The notes: generated from the letters alone by a model not told the origin. Positions 19,672 through 33,358 are shown, numbered from the stretch's first letter. The stretch: DNA of 64,000 nt from an uncultured Collinsella sp. (GCA_900547025.1 UREZ01000001.1:15287-79286); one strand, 5' to 3'. Translations and numbers: made by a program.

Positions 19672-19872
19672 TTACTTGATACCGCGGCCCAAGTCTTCGG
19701 CGATTTTGTCGACGCCTTTCAGCGCGGCACAGGTCTTTTTGTTGGAGCAATGCCCCGTGCAAACGCCACCCTGAGCGCAGTCGGCGCAGGTGCCCTTGCG
19801 GTAGATGCGCACGCATACCGCGACAAACGCAATACCGATAACAGCCAGTACAACAATATCGATAGGTGCCAT
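19672..19872 (-). CDS. FeoB-associated Cys-rich membrane protein
   Basis: N-terminal TM followed by CADC..C..C..C; downstream of feoB; ggagg RBS. Confidence 0.8.
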   Translation of the reverse strand: MAPIDIVVLAVIGIAFVAVCVRIYRKGTCADCAQGGVCTGHCSNKKTCAALKGVDKIAEDLGRGIK

Positions 19873-19886
19873 AGCAAGCCTCCTCT

Positions 19887-19905
19887 AGTTAACCACCACT
19901 TACTT
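19887..19905. promoter_or_regulatory. Putative metal-repressor box (feo motif copy)
   Basis: agttaaccaccacttactt shares agttaaccac with the feoA upstream repeats. Confidence 0.45.
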
Positions 19906-19921
19906 TAGCCCATTCTCAACC

Positions 19922-19948
19922 ACCAAAAAGGGACAGGTTTATTTTGGT
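19922..19948. repeat. REP-like hairpin, 13-nt loop, reverse orientation
   Basis: accaaaa-agggacaggttta-ttttggt; reverse-complement loop taaacctgtccct. Confidence 0.55.
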
Positions 19949-19984
19949 CGGTTTTATCTGCGGAAACGCCACATCTCCCCCACC

Positions 19985-20017
19985 AAAAAGCCCGAGTGTC
20001 GCTGGGACACCCGGGCT
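19985..20017 (-). terminator. Intrinsic terminator after feoB
   Basis: aaaaagcccgagtgtc-gctgg-gacacccgggct; T tract on minus strand. Confidence 0.7.
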
Positions 20018-20046
20018 CGTGGAAAGGGGTTAATCCTTATTCGGAT

Positions 20047-22374
20047 TTAAGCGGAAACTGCGGCGGAAGCAGTGTTGGTCTCGTCCTCGTCGGTCCAAGC
20101 GTGCTTGGGCATGGGACGGAAAATCTGGAAGAGCATCGCAACCAGCAGCACAATGGCCACAACCGTCCAGATACCAAACTGCCCCAGAACAAGCAGGTTG
20201 TAGAACTGGTTGATGAACAGGCCGATGACCCAAGCGAAGGCGCACTCGTAGCCGATGGCAATCGCGGTCCACTTGCCAGAGTCCATCTGGTTGCGGATGG
20301 TGCCAATGGCGGCAAAGCACGGAGCGCACAGCAGGTTGAACGCGCCGAAGGCAACGCAAGCGCCCATGGTGGGGAACATGCCGGCAAACGCGGTCCACAG
20401 GCTCGGGTCGGTCTCGCCCGCGTCGGCGACGGACAGCAGCGATCCGGCGGTGGCGACGACGTTCTCCTTAGCGACAAGGCCAGAGACAGTCAGCGCGGTT
20501 GCCTGCCAGGTGCTAAAGCCGAGCGGGGCGAAGATCCAAGCGACCAGGTTGCCCAGCATGGCGAGCACGGAGTAGTCCATGAACTCCTCGGGGATGCCCT
20601 CCATGGCAGGCAGGAAGCCAAAGGCGCCGTTGTAGCTACCAAAGTTGGAGAGGAACCACACCACGACGGTGGACGCGAAGATGACCGTACCGGCCTTTTT
20701 GATAAAGGCCCAGCAGCGCTCCCACACATGCAGCGCCCAAGAGCGGATCGCCGGGAAGTGGTAGGCAGGAAGCTCCATAACGAACGGCGTCGGGCGACCG
20801 GCGAAGAGCTTGGTCTTCTTGAGCATGAGGCCCGAGGCGATGACGGCAAAGACGCCCAGGAAGTAGAAGAGCGGGCTGATCCACGCGGCGGTGGTGGAAG
20901 AATCGCCGATGATGGAACCCATGAGCAGGGCGATGATCGGCAGCTTAGCGCCACAGGGAATGAACGTGGTGGTCATGACCGTCATGCGGCGGTCCTTCTC
21001 GTTCTCGATGGTCTTGGTGGCCATGACGCCGGGGACGCCGCAGCCCGAGGACACGAGCATGGGGATAAAGGACTTACCGGACAGGCCAAAGCGGCGGAAC
21101 ACGCGGTCCATGATGAAGGCGACGCGGGCCATGTAGCCGCAGTCCTCCAAGAAGGACAGCATGACGAACAGCAGGAACATCTGCGGGACGAAGCCGAAGA
21201 TGGCGCCCAGGCCGCCGACGATACCGTCACAGACGAGCGAATCGACCAGGCCACCGTCCTCGGTGCCGCCCGCCACAAGGGCATCGTGCACCACGGTGGT
21301 GATACCCGGAACATAGGGGCCGTACTGTGCCGGGTCGACCGAATCGGCGTCGTCGCCCGCAGCCTCGACAGCTGCGTCGTAGGCGTCGCGACCCTGGCCG
21401 AGCACGTACCAACCATCGGTACCAAAGAGCTGGTCATTGGTGAAGTCGGTCACCGTGCCGCCCAGGGTGGAAACGGCGATGTAGTATACGCAGAACATGA
21501 TGACGACAAAGATCGGCAGGCCCAGGATACGGTTGGTAACCACGCGGTCGATCTTCTCGGAGGTGCTCATCTTGGCAGGAGCCTTGGTCATGCACTCGTC
21601 GATAATGTGCGCGATGACGCCATAGCGCTCGCCGGTGATGATGGACTCGGCATCGTCGTCGCAATCCTGCTCGCACTGGGCGACCAGCTCTTCGACGCGA
21701 GCGGCCTTCTCCTTGGTGAGGTTGATGAGTTTGCAGGCGTCTGCATCACGCTCGAACAACTTGACGGCGTAATAGCGGCGCTTGTTGGCGGGAACGCTCG
21801 CCGGCAGGTTGTTCTCGATGTGGGTCAGAACGTCCTCAATGGAAGAATCGAACTTATGCTCCGGCACCTGGCCCTTAGAAGCGGCAGACTTCTTGACCTG
21901 CTCGAACAGCTCCGTGATGCCCTTGTTCTTAAGAGCGGAGATCATCATAACCGGGCAGCCGAGCTTCTTGGAAAGCTTATCGGTGTCGATCTTGTCGCCA
22001 TTCTTCTCGACCAGGTCGGCCATGTTGAGGGCGACGACCACGGGCAGACCGGTCTCGATGACCTGAAGCGCCAGGTACAGGTTGCGCTCGAGGTTGGTAG
22101 CATCGACAACCTGGACGACCACATCGGGCTCGCCGCTCATGAGGTAATCACGCGAGCACTGCTCCTCGGGGCTGTAGGGGGAAAGCGAGTAGATGCCGGG
22201 GAGGTCCGTGATGGTAACGTTCTTGTCGCTTAGGAGCTTGGCCTCCTTTTTCTCAACCGTGACGCCGGGCCAGTTGCCAACGTAGCCGTTGGCGCCGGTG
22301 ATCAGGTTGAAAAGCGTGGTCTTGCCGCAGTTGGGGTTACCCGCCAGCGCGACATGGATCTGAGAATCCGCCAT
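20047..22374 (-). CDS. feoB: Ferrous iron transporter FeoB
   Basis: GNPNCGKT, VGNWPGVTVE, DLPGIYSL, DATNLERN, FVMELP. Confidence 0.97.
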   Translation of the reverse strand: MADSQIHVALAGNPNCGKTTLFNLITGANGYVGNWPGVTVEKKEAKLLSDKNVTITDLPGIYSLSPYSPEEQCSRDYLMSGEPDVVVQVVDATNLERNLYLALQVIETGLPVVVALNMADLVEKNGDKIDTDKLSKKLGCPVMMISALKNKGITELFEQVKKSAASKGQVPEHKFDSSIEDVLTHIENNLPASVPANKRRYYAVKLFERDADACKLINLTKEKAARVEELVAQCEQDCDDDAESIITGERYGVIAHIIDECMTKAPAKMSTSEKIDRVVTNRILGLPIFVVIMFCVYYIAVSTLGGTVTDFTNDQLFGTDGWYVLGQGRDAYDAAVEAAGDDADSVDPAQYGPYVPGITTVVHDALVAGGTEDGGLVDSLVCDGIVGGLGAIFGFVPQMFLLFVMLSFLEDCGYMARVAFIMDRVFRRFGLSGKSFIPMLVSSGCGVPGVMATKTIENEKDRRMTVMTTTFIPCGAKLPIIALLMGSIIGDSSTTAAWISPLFYFLGVFAVIASGLMLKKTKLFAGRPTPFVMELPAYHFPAIRSWALHVWERCWAFIKKAGTVIFASTVVVWFLSNFGSYNGAFGFLPAMEGIPEEFMDYSVLAMLGNLVAWIFAPLGFSTWQATALTVSGLVAKENVVATAGSLLSVADAGETDPSLWTAFAGMFPTMGACVAFGAFNLLCAPCFAAIGTIRNQMDSGKWTAIAIGYECAFAWVIGLFINQFYNLLVLGQFGIWTVVAIVLLVAMLFQIFRPMPKHAWTDEDETNTASAAVSA

Positions 22375-22449
22375 TCAATCCTTCTTCCTTGTTTGCCCGC
22401 GCTGCTTTCTCCGCGCAGGCTGGATAATGTGCTTTAAAGTTGCTGCATT

Positions 22450-22469
22450 AAGTTAGAAAAACCTAACTT
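22450..22469. promoter_or_regulatory. Palindromic DtxR/IdeR/SloR-like box between feoA and feoB
   Basis: aagttag-aaaaac-ctaactt, perfect 7-bp arms. Confidence 0.55.
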
Positions 22470-22497
22470 GATCTGCAGAAATATGCGCCGCGAGTCC

Positions 22498-22719
22498 TTA
22501 CTGAACCTCGACGACGGCGGCCTCCTCCTTGCGGATGGAAAGCTCGTAGCCGCGCACGTTGATCTCGACCGGATCACCGAGCGGTGCAACCTTCACGACC
22601 TTGAACGAAGTGCCCTTGATGAGCCCCAGGTCCATAAGGTGGCGGCGAAGCGCACCCTCACCGTGAAGCTTGACGATGGTGGAGCTCTCGCCCACCTTAA
22701 CGTCACCCAACGTCTTCAT
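22498..22719 (-). CDS. feoA: FeoA family protein
   Basis: RRHLMDLGL..G..APLGDPVEI..RGYELSIRK. Confidence 0.95.
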   Translation of the reverse strand: MKTLGDVKVGESSTIVKLHGEGALRRHLMDLGLIKGTSFKVVKVAPLGDPVEINVRGYELSIRKEEAAVVEVQ

Positions 22720-22758
22720 CCTCTTGTCCCCCTTTCGGTTTTTATGAAATGCTGCGGA

Positions 22759-23001
22759 CTAACCGACGGTCATGATGTGCATGGCAACCTTGGAATCGAT
22801 GCCAAAGCGTGCGCCCAGCACCGTGACGATGATATTGGCGCCACTCGAGCTCACCACGTGGATTTCGTTGCCCTCAACAAAGCCGAGGTCCTTGAGGTGG
22901 TGTTTCATGTCCTCATTGCCCTTTACACGAGACACGCGCACGGTTTCGCCCGCTTTTACCATCGAAAGCGGCATGGCCGGCATCTGCGGTCCGCAAGACA
23001 T
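22759..23001 (-). CDS. feoA: FeoA family protein (second copy)
   Basis: MPLSMVKAGE..HHLKDLGFVEG..GARFGID..AMHI. Confidence 0.9.
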   Translation of the reverse strand: MSCGPQMPAMPLSMVKAGETVRVSRVKGNEDMKHHLKDLGFVEGNEIHVVSSSGANIIVTVLGARFGIDSKVAMHIMTVG

Positions 23002-23042
23002 GAGTTGCTCCTAACGTCAGTTCGTCCTCAACATCGACGCGT

Positions 23043-23098
23043 AAAAAGTTAACCACGTCTATGTTCGCTATAGTAAACTAGCACGTGGTTAACTTTTT
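23043..23098. promoter_or_regulatory. 16-bp perfect inverted repeat in the feo promoter region
   Basis: aaaaagttaaccacgt (23043-23058) / acgtggttaacttttt (23083-23098). Confidence 0.6.
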
Positions 23099-23144
23099 GG
23101 AAAGGGTCCCCATTCAGATTTCGAAAAAGTTTCCTATACGAAAC

Positions 23145-23180
23145 AAAAAGGCGCGGCAAAGGACCATCCTTTACCGCGCC
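23145..23180 (-). terminator. Intrinsic terminator after HPr-like gene
   Basis: aaaaaggcgcggcaaagg-accat-cctttaccgcgcc. Confidence 0.7.
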
Positions 23181-23189
23181 CTATCATGC

Positions 23190-23438
23190 TTAGAGCGAGA
23201 GATTTCTGATCGATGTGACACAGGAGGCCTCATCCACGCCCGAAACGCGGAACACGACGTCTTCGCCACATTCACCGCAGAGTGCCATGAGCCCTATAAC
23301 GTCGCGGCCATCCGTGTGGCGATCGCCGATACTGACTGACACGTCGCTACGATGCTTGGCAATGATGTCATAGAGCAGCGCAACCGGGCGGGCATGTAAT
23401 CCCAACGGATCTTTAATCGTCTTTGTAAACTCGACCAT
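23190..23438 (-). CDS. HPr-family phosphocarrier protein
   Basis: IKDPLGLHARP (His15 motif); C-term SGVDE; ggagggg RBS. Confidence 0.88.
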   Translation of the reverse strand: MVEFTKTIKDPLGLHARPVALLYDIIAKHRSDVSVSIGDRHTDGRDVIGLMALCGECGEDVVFRVSGVDEASCVTSIRNLSL

Positions 23439-23535
23439 GTCCCCTCCCACGACATCGCACATTCGGCCGGCAAACCCAGCCACGTGGTAGTTATTGTAGC
23501 GTTAGATGCTTGTCGAGAGCCCCTCTGAACACCTC

Positions 23536-23755
23536 GTGGTCAAAAAGTGGCAAATATGAGTACTGTCACCAATTTAGTAGCAGCAAAATCGAGAGCAAAT
23601 TGCCTACTTTGAGCGATTCGAAGAGGTTGAAAGCCGTCAAACGTCCTTTAAAGGGGGTTAGATAAATTGATTTTGAGCCCATTTTTGCTCAGAACAGGCC
23701 GAAAAATATGACACCTCTTTTGCAGCAGTACTCATATTTGGCATTTTTTGCCCAC
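23536..23755. repeat. MITE-like element with 30-bp terminal inverted repeats
   Basis: 23536-23565 vs reverse complement of 23726-23755: 27/30 match; AT-rich non-coding interior. Confidence 0.68.
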
Positions 23756-23782
23756 AGGGTCCAAAACCATGCCCCAAAACAC

Positions 23783-23812
23783 AAAAGGAGGGGCCTCGTA
23801 AGGCCCCTCCTT
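23783..23812 (-). terminator. Intrinsic terminator of the ebg-permease operon
   Basis: aaaaggaggggcct-cgta-aggcccctcctt. Confidence 0.8.
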
Positions 23813-23859
23813 AGGAAGGGGAATCGTTTTATTCCACAGCCGCAGATTAATCCTAGCCG

Positions 23860-25335
<1,476 letters not shown>

Positions 25336-25476
25336 TCATCTATTAAATGTCATCTAAACCCGTCCGAGCTGCAAGTGCAAACACGGACGGCGCACCTGCT
25401 AAGGGGAATGGGGAAAAGGGAGTCAACAAAGCCATCCCCCTTAACGGCGCGAAGCAAACGTCCAGGCGGACGAATA

Positions 25477-25932
25477 CTACTTGTTGGGGAAGGAATATCC
25501 TTCAACCGTCACGTGCAGTACCACGACGCGGGAATCCGCGGCATCAGCCACGACACGGTAGGCCTCGTCGATCTCGACGACAGCAACGCCGCCGGCGGAA
25601 ATCGTCACAGTCTCCCCCGTACCCTCAAAGCGCTCGCGATCATCGATATCGCTGTAGGCGCGGGTGCAGGTGAGGCCTGCCTTGGGGGCAACCTCGACAG
25701 TCAGGTCGCCGTCGAGCGGGGCGAGCACGGCATGATAGCGACGGTGACCGACCAGATCGGCGGTAGCGGCCTCGTGGGCGTTCACCCACCAATACACCAA
25801 CGAGTCGCCGATGGAGTACGCCACATCGTGCTGCAGTTCAGAAACGCCGTCGAGCGCCTGGCCGGTACGCATCCACTTCTTGACGGACTTCATCTGAGCG
25901 TCGAAATCGGCGCGCGAGTTAAAGACATGCAT
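25477..25932 (-). CDS. ebgC: Beta-galactosidase small subunit (EbgC/YhcH-like)
   Basis: KKWMRTGQA, YSIGDSLVY, GHRRY, HVTVEG; directly after ebgA. Confidence 0.85.
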   Translation of the reverse strand: MHVFNSRADFDAQMKSVKKWMRTGQALDGVSELQHDVAYSIGDSLVYWWVNAHEAATADLVGHRRYHAVLAPLDGDLTVEVAPKAGLTCTRAYSDIDDRERFEGTGETVTISAGGVAVVEIDEAYRVVADAADSRVVVLHVTVEGYSFPNK

Positions 25933-25935
25933 GGC

Positions 25936-28959
<3,024 letters not shown>

Positions 28960-28976
28960 TCATCGTAGTGATTCTT

Positions 28977-29077
28977 GTGCAACCGGTTGTCCTTATCTTA
29001 CGGTCGATGCAAAAAACTGTGCAACCGGTTGTCCGCTGAACGGTCGATTTGATCGGGTTAACGGTGCAACCGGTTGT
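28977..29077. promoter_or_regulatory. Three LacI-type operators gtgcaaccggttgt
   Basis: identical 14-mers at 28977, 29019 and 29064, between ebgA and the divergent LacI gene. Confidence 0.8.
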
Positions 29078-29320
29078 ACAACCGGGACACTTATGTCACC
29101 CTGAGTATCGACACTCAGCGCAAGACATCGTTCTTAAGCTCGTAGGCAACCACCACGCCCGCTGATATCTCACCCACACGAGACGTATTCGATTGTGGCT
29201 TGGTTGCAAAACGACACCGGTCACCGGATACCATGAACGCTGTTCAGGCGCACTATAGTAAGCTGTATCCGCACCAACCCGTATCAGCGACAACATCGAC
29301 CGCATTCTCCAGGAGACGCC

Positions 29321-30337
29321 ATGACCCAACCAGTTCGCACCGCACCTACGCTTGCCGAGGTTGCCGCAGCTGCCGGCGTGTCGCGCTCCACGGCATCGCG
29401 CGCTCTCAACGATTCGCCCCGCATTAGCGAGGAAACCAAAAAGCGCGTCCGCGCGGCGGCCAAGGAAGTCAATTTTGTCCCCAACGCTCGTGGCCGAGCG
29501 CTCGCTGTCGGGCGCACGGAAATCATCGCCGTGCTCGTGACCGAGCCCCTAAGTGAACTCTTCAGCGACCCCACCTATAGCGAGTTTTTGAGCGGCATTA
29601 CCGAGGAACTGTCGGAGTCGTCCTATCTGCCCGTTATCTTGCAGGCGTCTTCTACGCATGAGCGCAACCGCGCACGCGAGCACTTTGAGCGCCGCTCGTT
29701 CGACGCCGTGATCGACGTCTCCCCCTACAAGGGCAGCGAGCTGCTCGAGGTGCTGCGCGAGCTGGGCGTACCCACCGTGTTGTGCGGCCAGCTCGAGGGC
29801 CACCCCTATCGCGATGTGTTCTCGACAGTCTACTCTGACGACGAAGAGGGCGGACACTTTGCGGCACTCGCCATGAAGGAACGCGGGCGCAAAGATATCG
29901 TCGCCGTGTTGGGACCGCAAGACAACCCCGCTGTTGTCGACCGCCTGCGCGGCTACCGTGCCGTCTTGGGCGAAGACCTCCCAGACGCAAACGTTATCTA
30001 TACCGGCTGGAACAACGGAGACGGCTATCAGGCCATGCACCAGATCCTCGCGCGCGAGATTGCTTTCGATGGCGTGCTCTGCGGATCGGACCGTATCGCG
30101 GCTGGCGTCATCACCGCGCTCAACGAGGCAGGCCTATCCGTTCCTGCGGACGTTTCTGTCGTCGGCTTCGACGATCACGAGATTGCGGCGCGCTGTGTCC
30201 CCGCGCTCACGACCGTCCGTCAGCCCCTGCGCGAAGAAGGCCACATGGCCGCCAACATTGCGCTCGACATGATCAATGGTGCCGAGCCCACCACCTCCGT
30301 GATGCACATGCAGCTGATCCAGAGAGACTCGCTATAA
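29321..30337 (+). CDS. LacI-family transcriptional regulator (probable ebg repressor)
   Basis: TLAEVAAAAGVSRSTASRALN; VSVVGFDD; LTTVRQP. Confidence 0.93.
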   Translation: MTQPVRTAPTLAEVAAAAGVSRSTASRALNDSPRISEETKKRVRAAAKEVNFVPNARGRALAVGRTEIIAVLVTEPLSELFSDPTYSEFLSGITEELSESSYLPVILQASSTHERNRAREHFERRSFDAVIDVSPYKGSELLEVLRELGVPTVLCGQLEGHPYRDVFSTVYSDDEEGGHFAALAMKERGRKDIVAVLGPQDNPAVVDRLRGYRAVLGEDLPDANVIYTGWNNGDGYQAMHQILAREIAFDGVLCGSDRIAAGVITALNEAGLSVPADVSVVGFDDHEIAARCVPALTTVRQPLREEGHMAANIALDMINGAEPTTSVMHMQLIQRDSL

Positions 30338-30341
30338 AAAA

Positions 30342-30545
30342 CTGGGGCAGTCTTTCCGCCAGACAATTGTTGCGGAAAGACTGCCCCGTTTTGAGCGCTC
30401 ATTCTGGGGTACAGTTTCCGTTAGACGGCTCAACCGGAAACTGTGCCCCATTATTTTGCCGAATTCTGGGTCGCGCTTTCCCAGAGGACCCCCTTTGGGA
30501 AAGCGTGACCCGTTCTGGACACAGATTCCGGGACGCACTTTCCGC
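30342..30545. repeat. 62-bp-periodic array of covarying hairpins (3.5 units)
   Basis: units at 30342, 30404, 30466 and 30528; consensus GGGN-N5-TTTCC-N16-GGAAA-N5'-NCCC-N18. Confidence 0.8.
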
Positions 30546-30642
30546 GACGCCCGGTCATCCCAAGCCCTCACAATCTCGGCGCATAAAAAACGAGGAAAGG
30601 CACACGTCCTTCCCTCGTTGCAAGCAATATGTAGCCGCTCGC

Positions 30643-32430
30643 CTACATCAGGCGCAGGCTGACGTCCTTGAGCTGGGCGCCGGAAACGGCACTCGGGGCG
30701 CCCGACATGAGGTCGGAGCCACTGGCCGTCTTGGGGAACGCCATGACGTCGCGGATGGAATCGGAGCCGGTGAGCAGCATGCACACGCGGTCCAGACCCA
30801 GAGCGAAACCGCCCATCGGGGGTGCACCAAACTTGAGGGCCTCCATGAGGAAGCCAAACTGAGACTCGGCACGCTCCTCGGTAAAGCCCAGGAGCTTGAG
30901 CATGGACATCTGCATCTCGGCGTTGTGGATACGCATACCGCCGCCGCCGGCCTCAAAGCCGTCCATGACAAAGTCGTAGGTGCAAGAACCGGCTGCCAAC
31001 GGGTCGGCCTCAATCTTGGCGATGTCGGTCTCGGTCGGCAGGGTAAAGGGCTGGTGCTCGGCAGCATAGGCCTTGCGATCCTCGTCCCAATGGAACAGCG
31101 GGAAGTTGACGACCCACAGGAAGTCGTGACCCTCGCGCTTGATCTCGAGTGCGTTGGCCATGTGAGAACGCATGCCACCCAGGATCTCGTCAGAGAGCAA
31201 ACGCGGGCCGGCGGCGAACATCACAAGATCGCCGGGCTCGACGTCCATGCGCTCGCGCAGGGCAGCCATCTCCTCGTCCGAGAAGAACTTGACGATGGGG
31301 CTGTTGATGGAGCCGTCCTCGCGGAAAGCGATCCAGGCCAGACCCTTGGCGCCAAACGTGGAGGCCACGCCGGCGAGCTTATCGATCTTGGCACGTGCCC
31401 AAGCACCGGCGCCCTTGGCGTTGATAGCCTTGACGACAGAGCCCTCCTCGTTTGCGGCGGTCGCAAAGACCTTGAACTTGGAGTTGGCGAAGATGTCGGT
31501 CAGGTCGACCAGGTGCATGCCATAGCGGGTATCGGGCTTGTCGGAGCCATAGGTGTCCAGGGCCTCCCAGTAGTCCATACGACGCAGCGGCGTGGGCATC
31601 TCGACGCCCATGCGGCCGAAGGCGTCGGCCAGGACCTCCTCGAGCGCGCTCATGACGTCGTTCTGGTCCACGAAGGACATCTCGATATCGACCTGGGTGA
31701 ACTCGGGCTGACGGTCGGCACGCAGGTCCTCGTCGCGGAAGCACTTGGCAACCTGGTAGTAGCGCTCGACGCCACCGACCATGAGCAGCTGCTTCAGAAG
31801 CTGCGGGGACTGCGGCAGAGCGTAGAAGTTGCCCGGCTGGATACGGCTGGGGACGATGAAGTCGCGGGCGCCCTCGGGCGTGGACTTAAACAGGGAGGGC
31901 GTCTCGACCTCCATGAACTCACGGTTGTGCAGCGCCTCGCGAATGGCAAAGGTAAAGTCGGAGCGCAGCTTGAGGTTTGCCATCATCTCGGGACGACGGA
32001 GGTCCAGATAGCGATAGCGCAGACGGGTGTCCTCGCTAGTCTCAATACCGTCCTCGATCTGGAACGGCGGGGTAACGGACGTGTTGAGCACCTCGGCGTG
32101 GTCGGTCAGGACCTCGATCTCGCCGGTCGCGAGCTTGGTGTTGGTGGTCTCCTCGCCACGGGCGCGCACGACGCCGTGAATCTTGATGGGCCACTCGGGA
32201 CGCATGGTCTCGGCGATCTTAAAAGCATCGCCGTCGGAGTGCTCGGGGTCGAAGGTGAGCTGCGTGATGCCCTCGCGGTCGCGAAGGTCGCAGAAAATAA
32301 GGCCGCCGTGGTCGCGGCGACGGCTCACCCAACCGGTGAGGGTGACCTCTTCGCCCACGTTCTCGCGGCGAAGCTCGCCGCAGGTACGGGTGTGCATGGA
32401 ATGCTCGTCGATGGGACGGGTCTGGCTCAT
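30643..32430 (-). CDS. aspS: Aspartate-tRNA ligase (probably non-discriminating)
   Basis: RRDHGGLIFCDLRD (His, ND-type), STPEGARDF, LPQSPQ, FRDEDLRADRQPEFTQ, GLDR. Confidence 0.97.
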   Translation of the reverse strand: MSQTRPIDEHSMHTRTCGELRRENVGEEVTLTGWVSRRRDHGGLIFCDLRDREGITQLTFDPEHSDGDAFKIAETMRPEWPIKIHGVVRARGEETTNTKLATGEIEVLTDHAEVLNTSVTPPFQIEDGIETSEDTRLRYRYLDLRRPEMMANLKLRSDFTFAIREALHNREFMEVETPSLFKSTPEGARDFIVPSRIQPGNFYALPQSPQLLKQLLMVGGVERYYQVAKCFRDEDLRADRQPEFTQVDIEMSFVDQNDVMSALEEVLADAFGRMGVEMPTPLRRMDYWEALDTYGSDKPDTRYGMHLVDLTDIFANSKFKVFATAANEEGSVVKAINAKGAGAWARAKIDKLAGVASTFGAKGLAWIAFREDGSINSPIVKFFSDEEMAALRERMDVEPGDLVMFAAGPRLLSDEILGGMRSHMANALEIKREGHDFLWVVNFPLFHWDEDRKAYAAEHQPFTLPTETDIAKIEADPLAAGSCTYDFVMDGFEAGGGGMRIHNAEMQMSMLKLLGFTEERAESQFGFLMEALKFGAPPMGGFALGLDRVCMLLTGSDSIRDVMAFPKTASGSDLMSGAPSAVSGAQLKDVSLRLM

Positions 32431-32685
32431 ACCAGTGATCCTCCTTTATGGATCTGTGCCGCCCCGTGTCGTTCCGGGCGGCGTCGTACAGATTTGCCCA
32501 GCCTGCGTAAACCGCGCAGCCGGACATGGCGTTCTATCTTATCGCACCCGCGCCGATGTACCGCGAAAAAGTGGCTCCCGCCCAAAGACTTGACGGAGAC
32601 GAAACAATTGACGCACCGCGGCACCCGCGTGCGCGCATCACGTGCGACAATATGCCCCAATAAAACGCACTCGGAAAGGCCCGTC

Positions 32686-33321
32686 ATGACTGCACGCCTC
32701 ATCGTTATGGATATCGACTCCACGCTCATCAACCAGGAGGTCATCGACCTGTTGGGCGAGGAGGCCGGCGTGGGCGGGCAAGTTGCGCAAATCACCGAGC
32801 GCGCCATGCGCGGCGAGCTGGACTTTAAGCAGGCGCTCGAAGAGCGCGTGGGGCTGCTCGCCGGCCTGGACGAGAGCGTGTTCGAGCGCACCTTTGAGCG
32901 CGTGACATTTACCCCCGGCGCGTTGGAACTTGTGCGCTCGGCGCACAGCAAGGGCTGGAAGGTCGGCGTGGTGAGCGGCGGCTTCCATGAGGTGGCCGAT
33001 AAGATCGTGGCCGCTGCAGGCATCGATTTTTGCTTGGCCAACCGCCTGGAGGTCGTAGACGGCAAGCTCACGGGTAAGCTGGCGGCAGACATTGTGACCA
33101 AGGAGTCCAAGCTCATCCAGCTGCTGGATTGGGCAGTTGAGTGCGGTGTCGATATGGCCCACACGGTCGCTATTGGCGACGGGGCAAACGACATCCCCAT
33201 GATCCAGGCCGCGGGCACGGGCATCGCGTTTTGCGCCAAGCCCAAGACGCGCGAAGCCGCTCCGTTTGCCATCGACGAGCGCAACCTCATGCTCGCTATG
33301 GACATTATCCTGCGCGACTAG
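32686..33321 (+). CDS. serB: Phosphoserine phosphatase (HAD)
   Basis: MDIDSTLINQEVID, ITERAMRGELDF, VSGGF, GDGANDIPM; gaaagg RBS. Confidence 0.92.
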   Translation: MTARLIVMDIDSTLINQEVIDLLGEEAGVGGQVAQITERAMRGELDFKQALEERVGLLAGLDESVFERTFERVTFTPGALELVRSAHSKGWKVGVVSGGFHEVADKIVAAAGIDFCLANRLEVVDGKLTGKLAADIVTKESKLIQLLDWAVECGVDMAHTVAIGDGANDIPMIQAAGTGIAFCAKPKTREAAPFAIDERNLMLAMDIILRD

Positions 33322-33358
33322 CCGATCCCTCTAACAATTGAATCAGTCTGTCCTATAG

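Noticed and set aside
30342..30545. CRISPR interpretation of the 62-bp array
   Set aside because: No identical direct repeats and no cas genes; kept as an unexplained structured array.
30367..33321. 984-aa + strand ORF
   Set aside because: An antisense shadow of aspS running in frame into serB; only 32686-33321 has motifs and an RBS.
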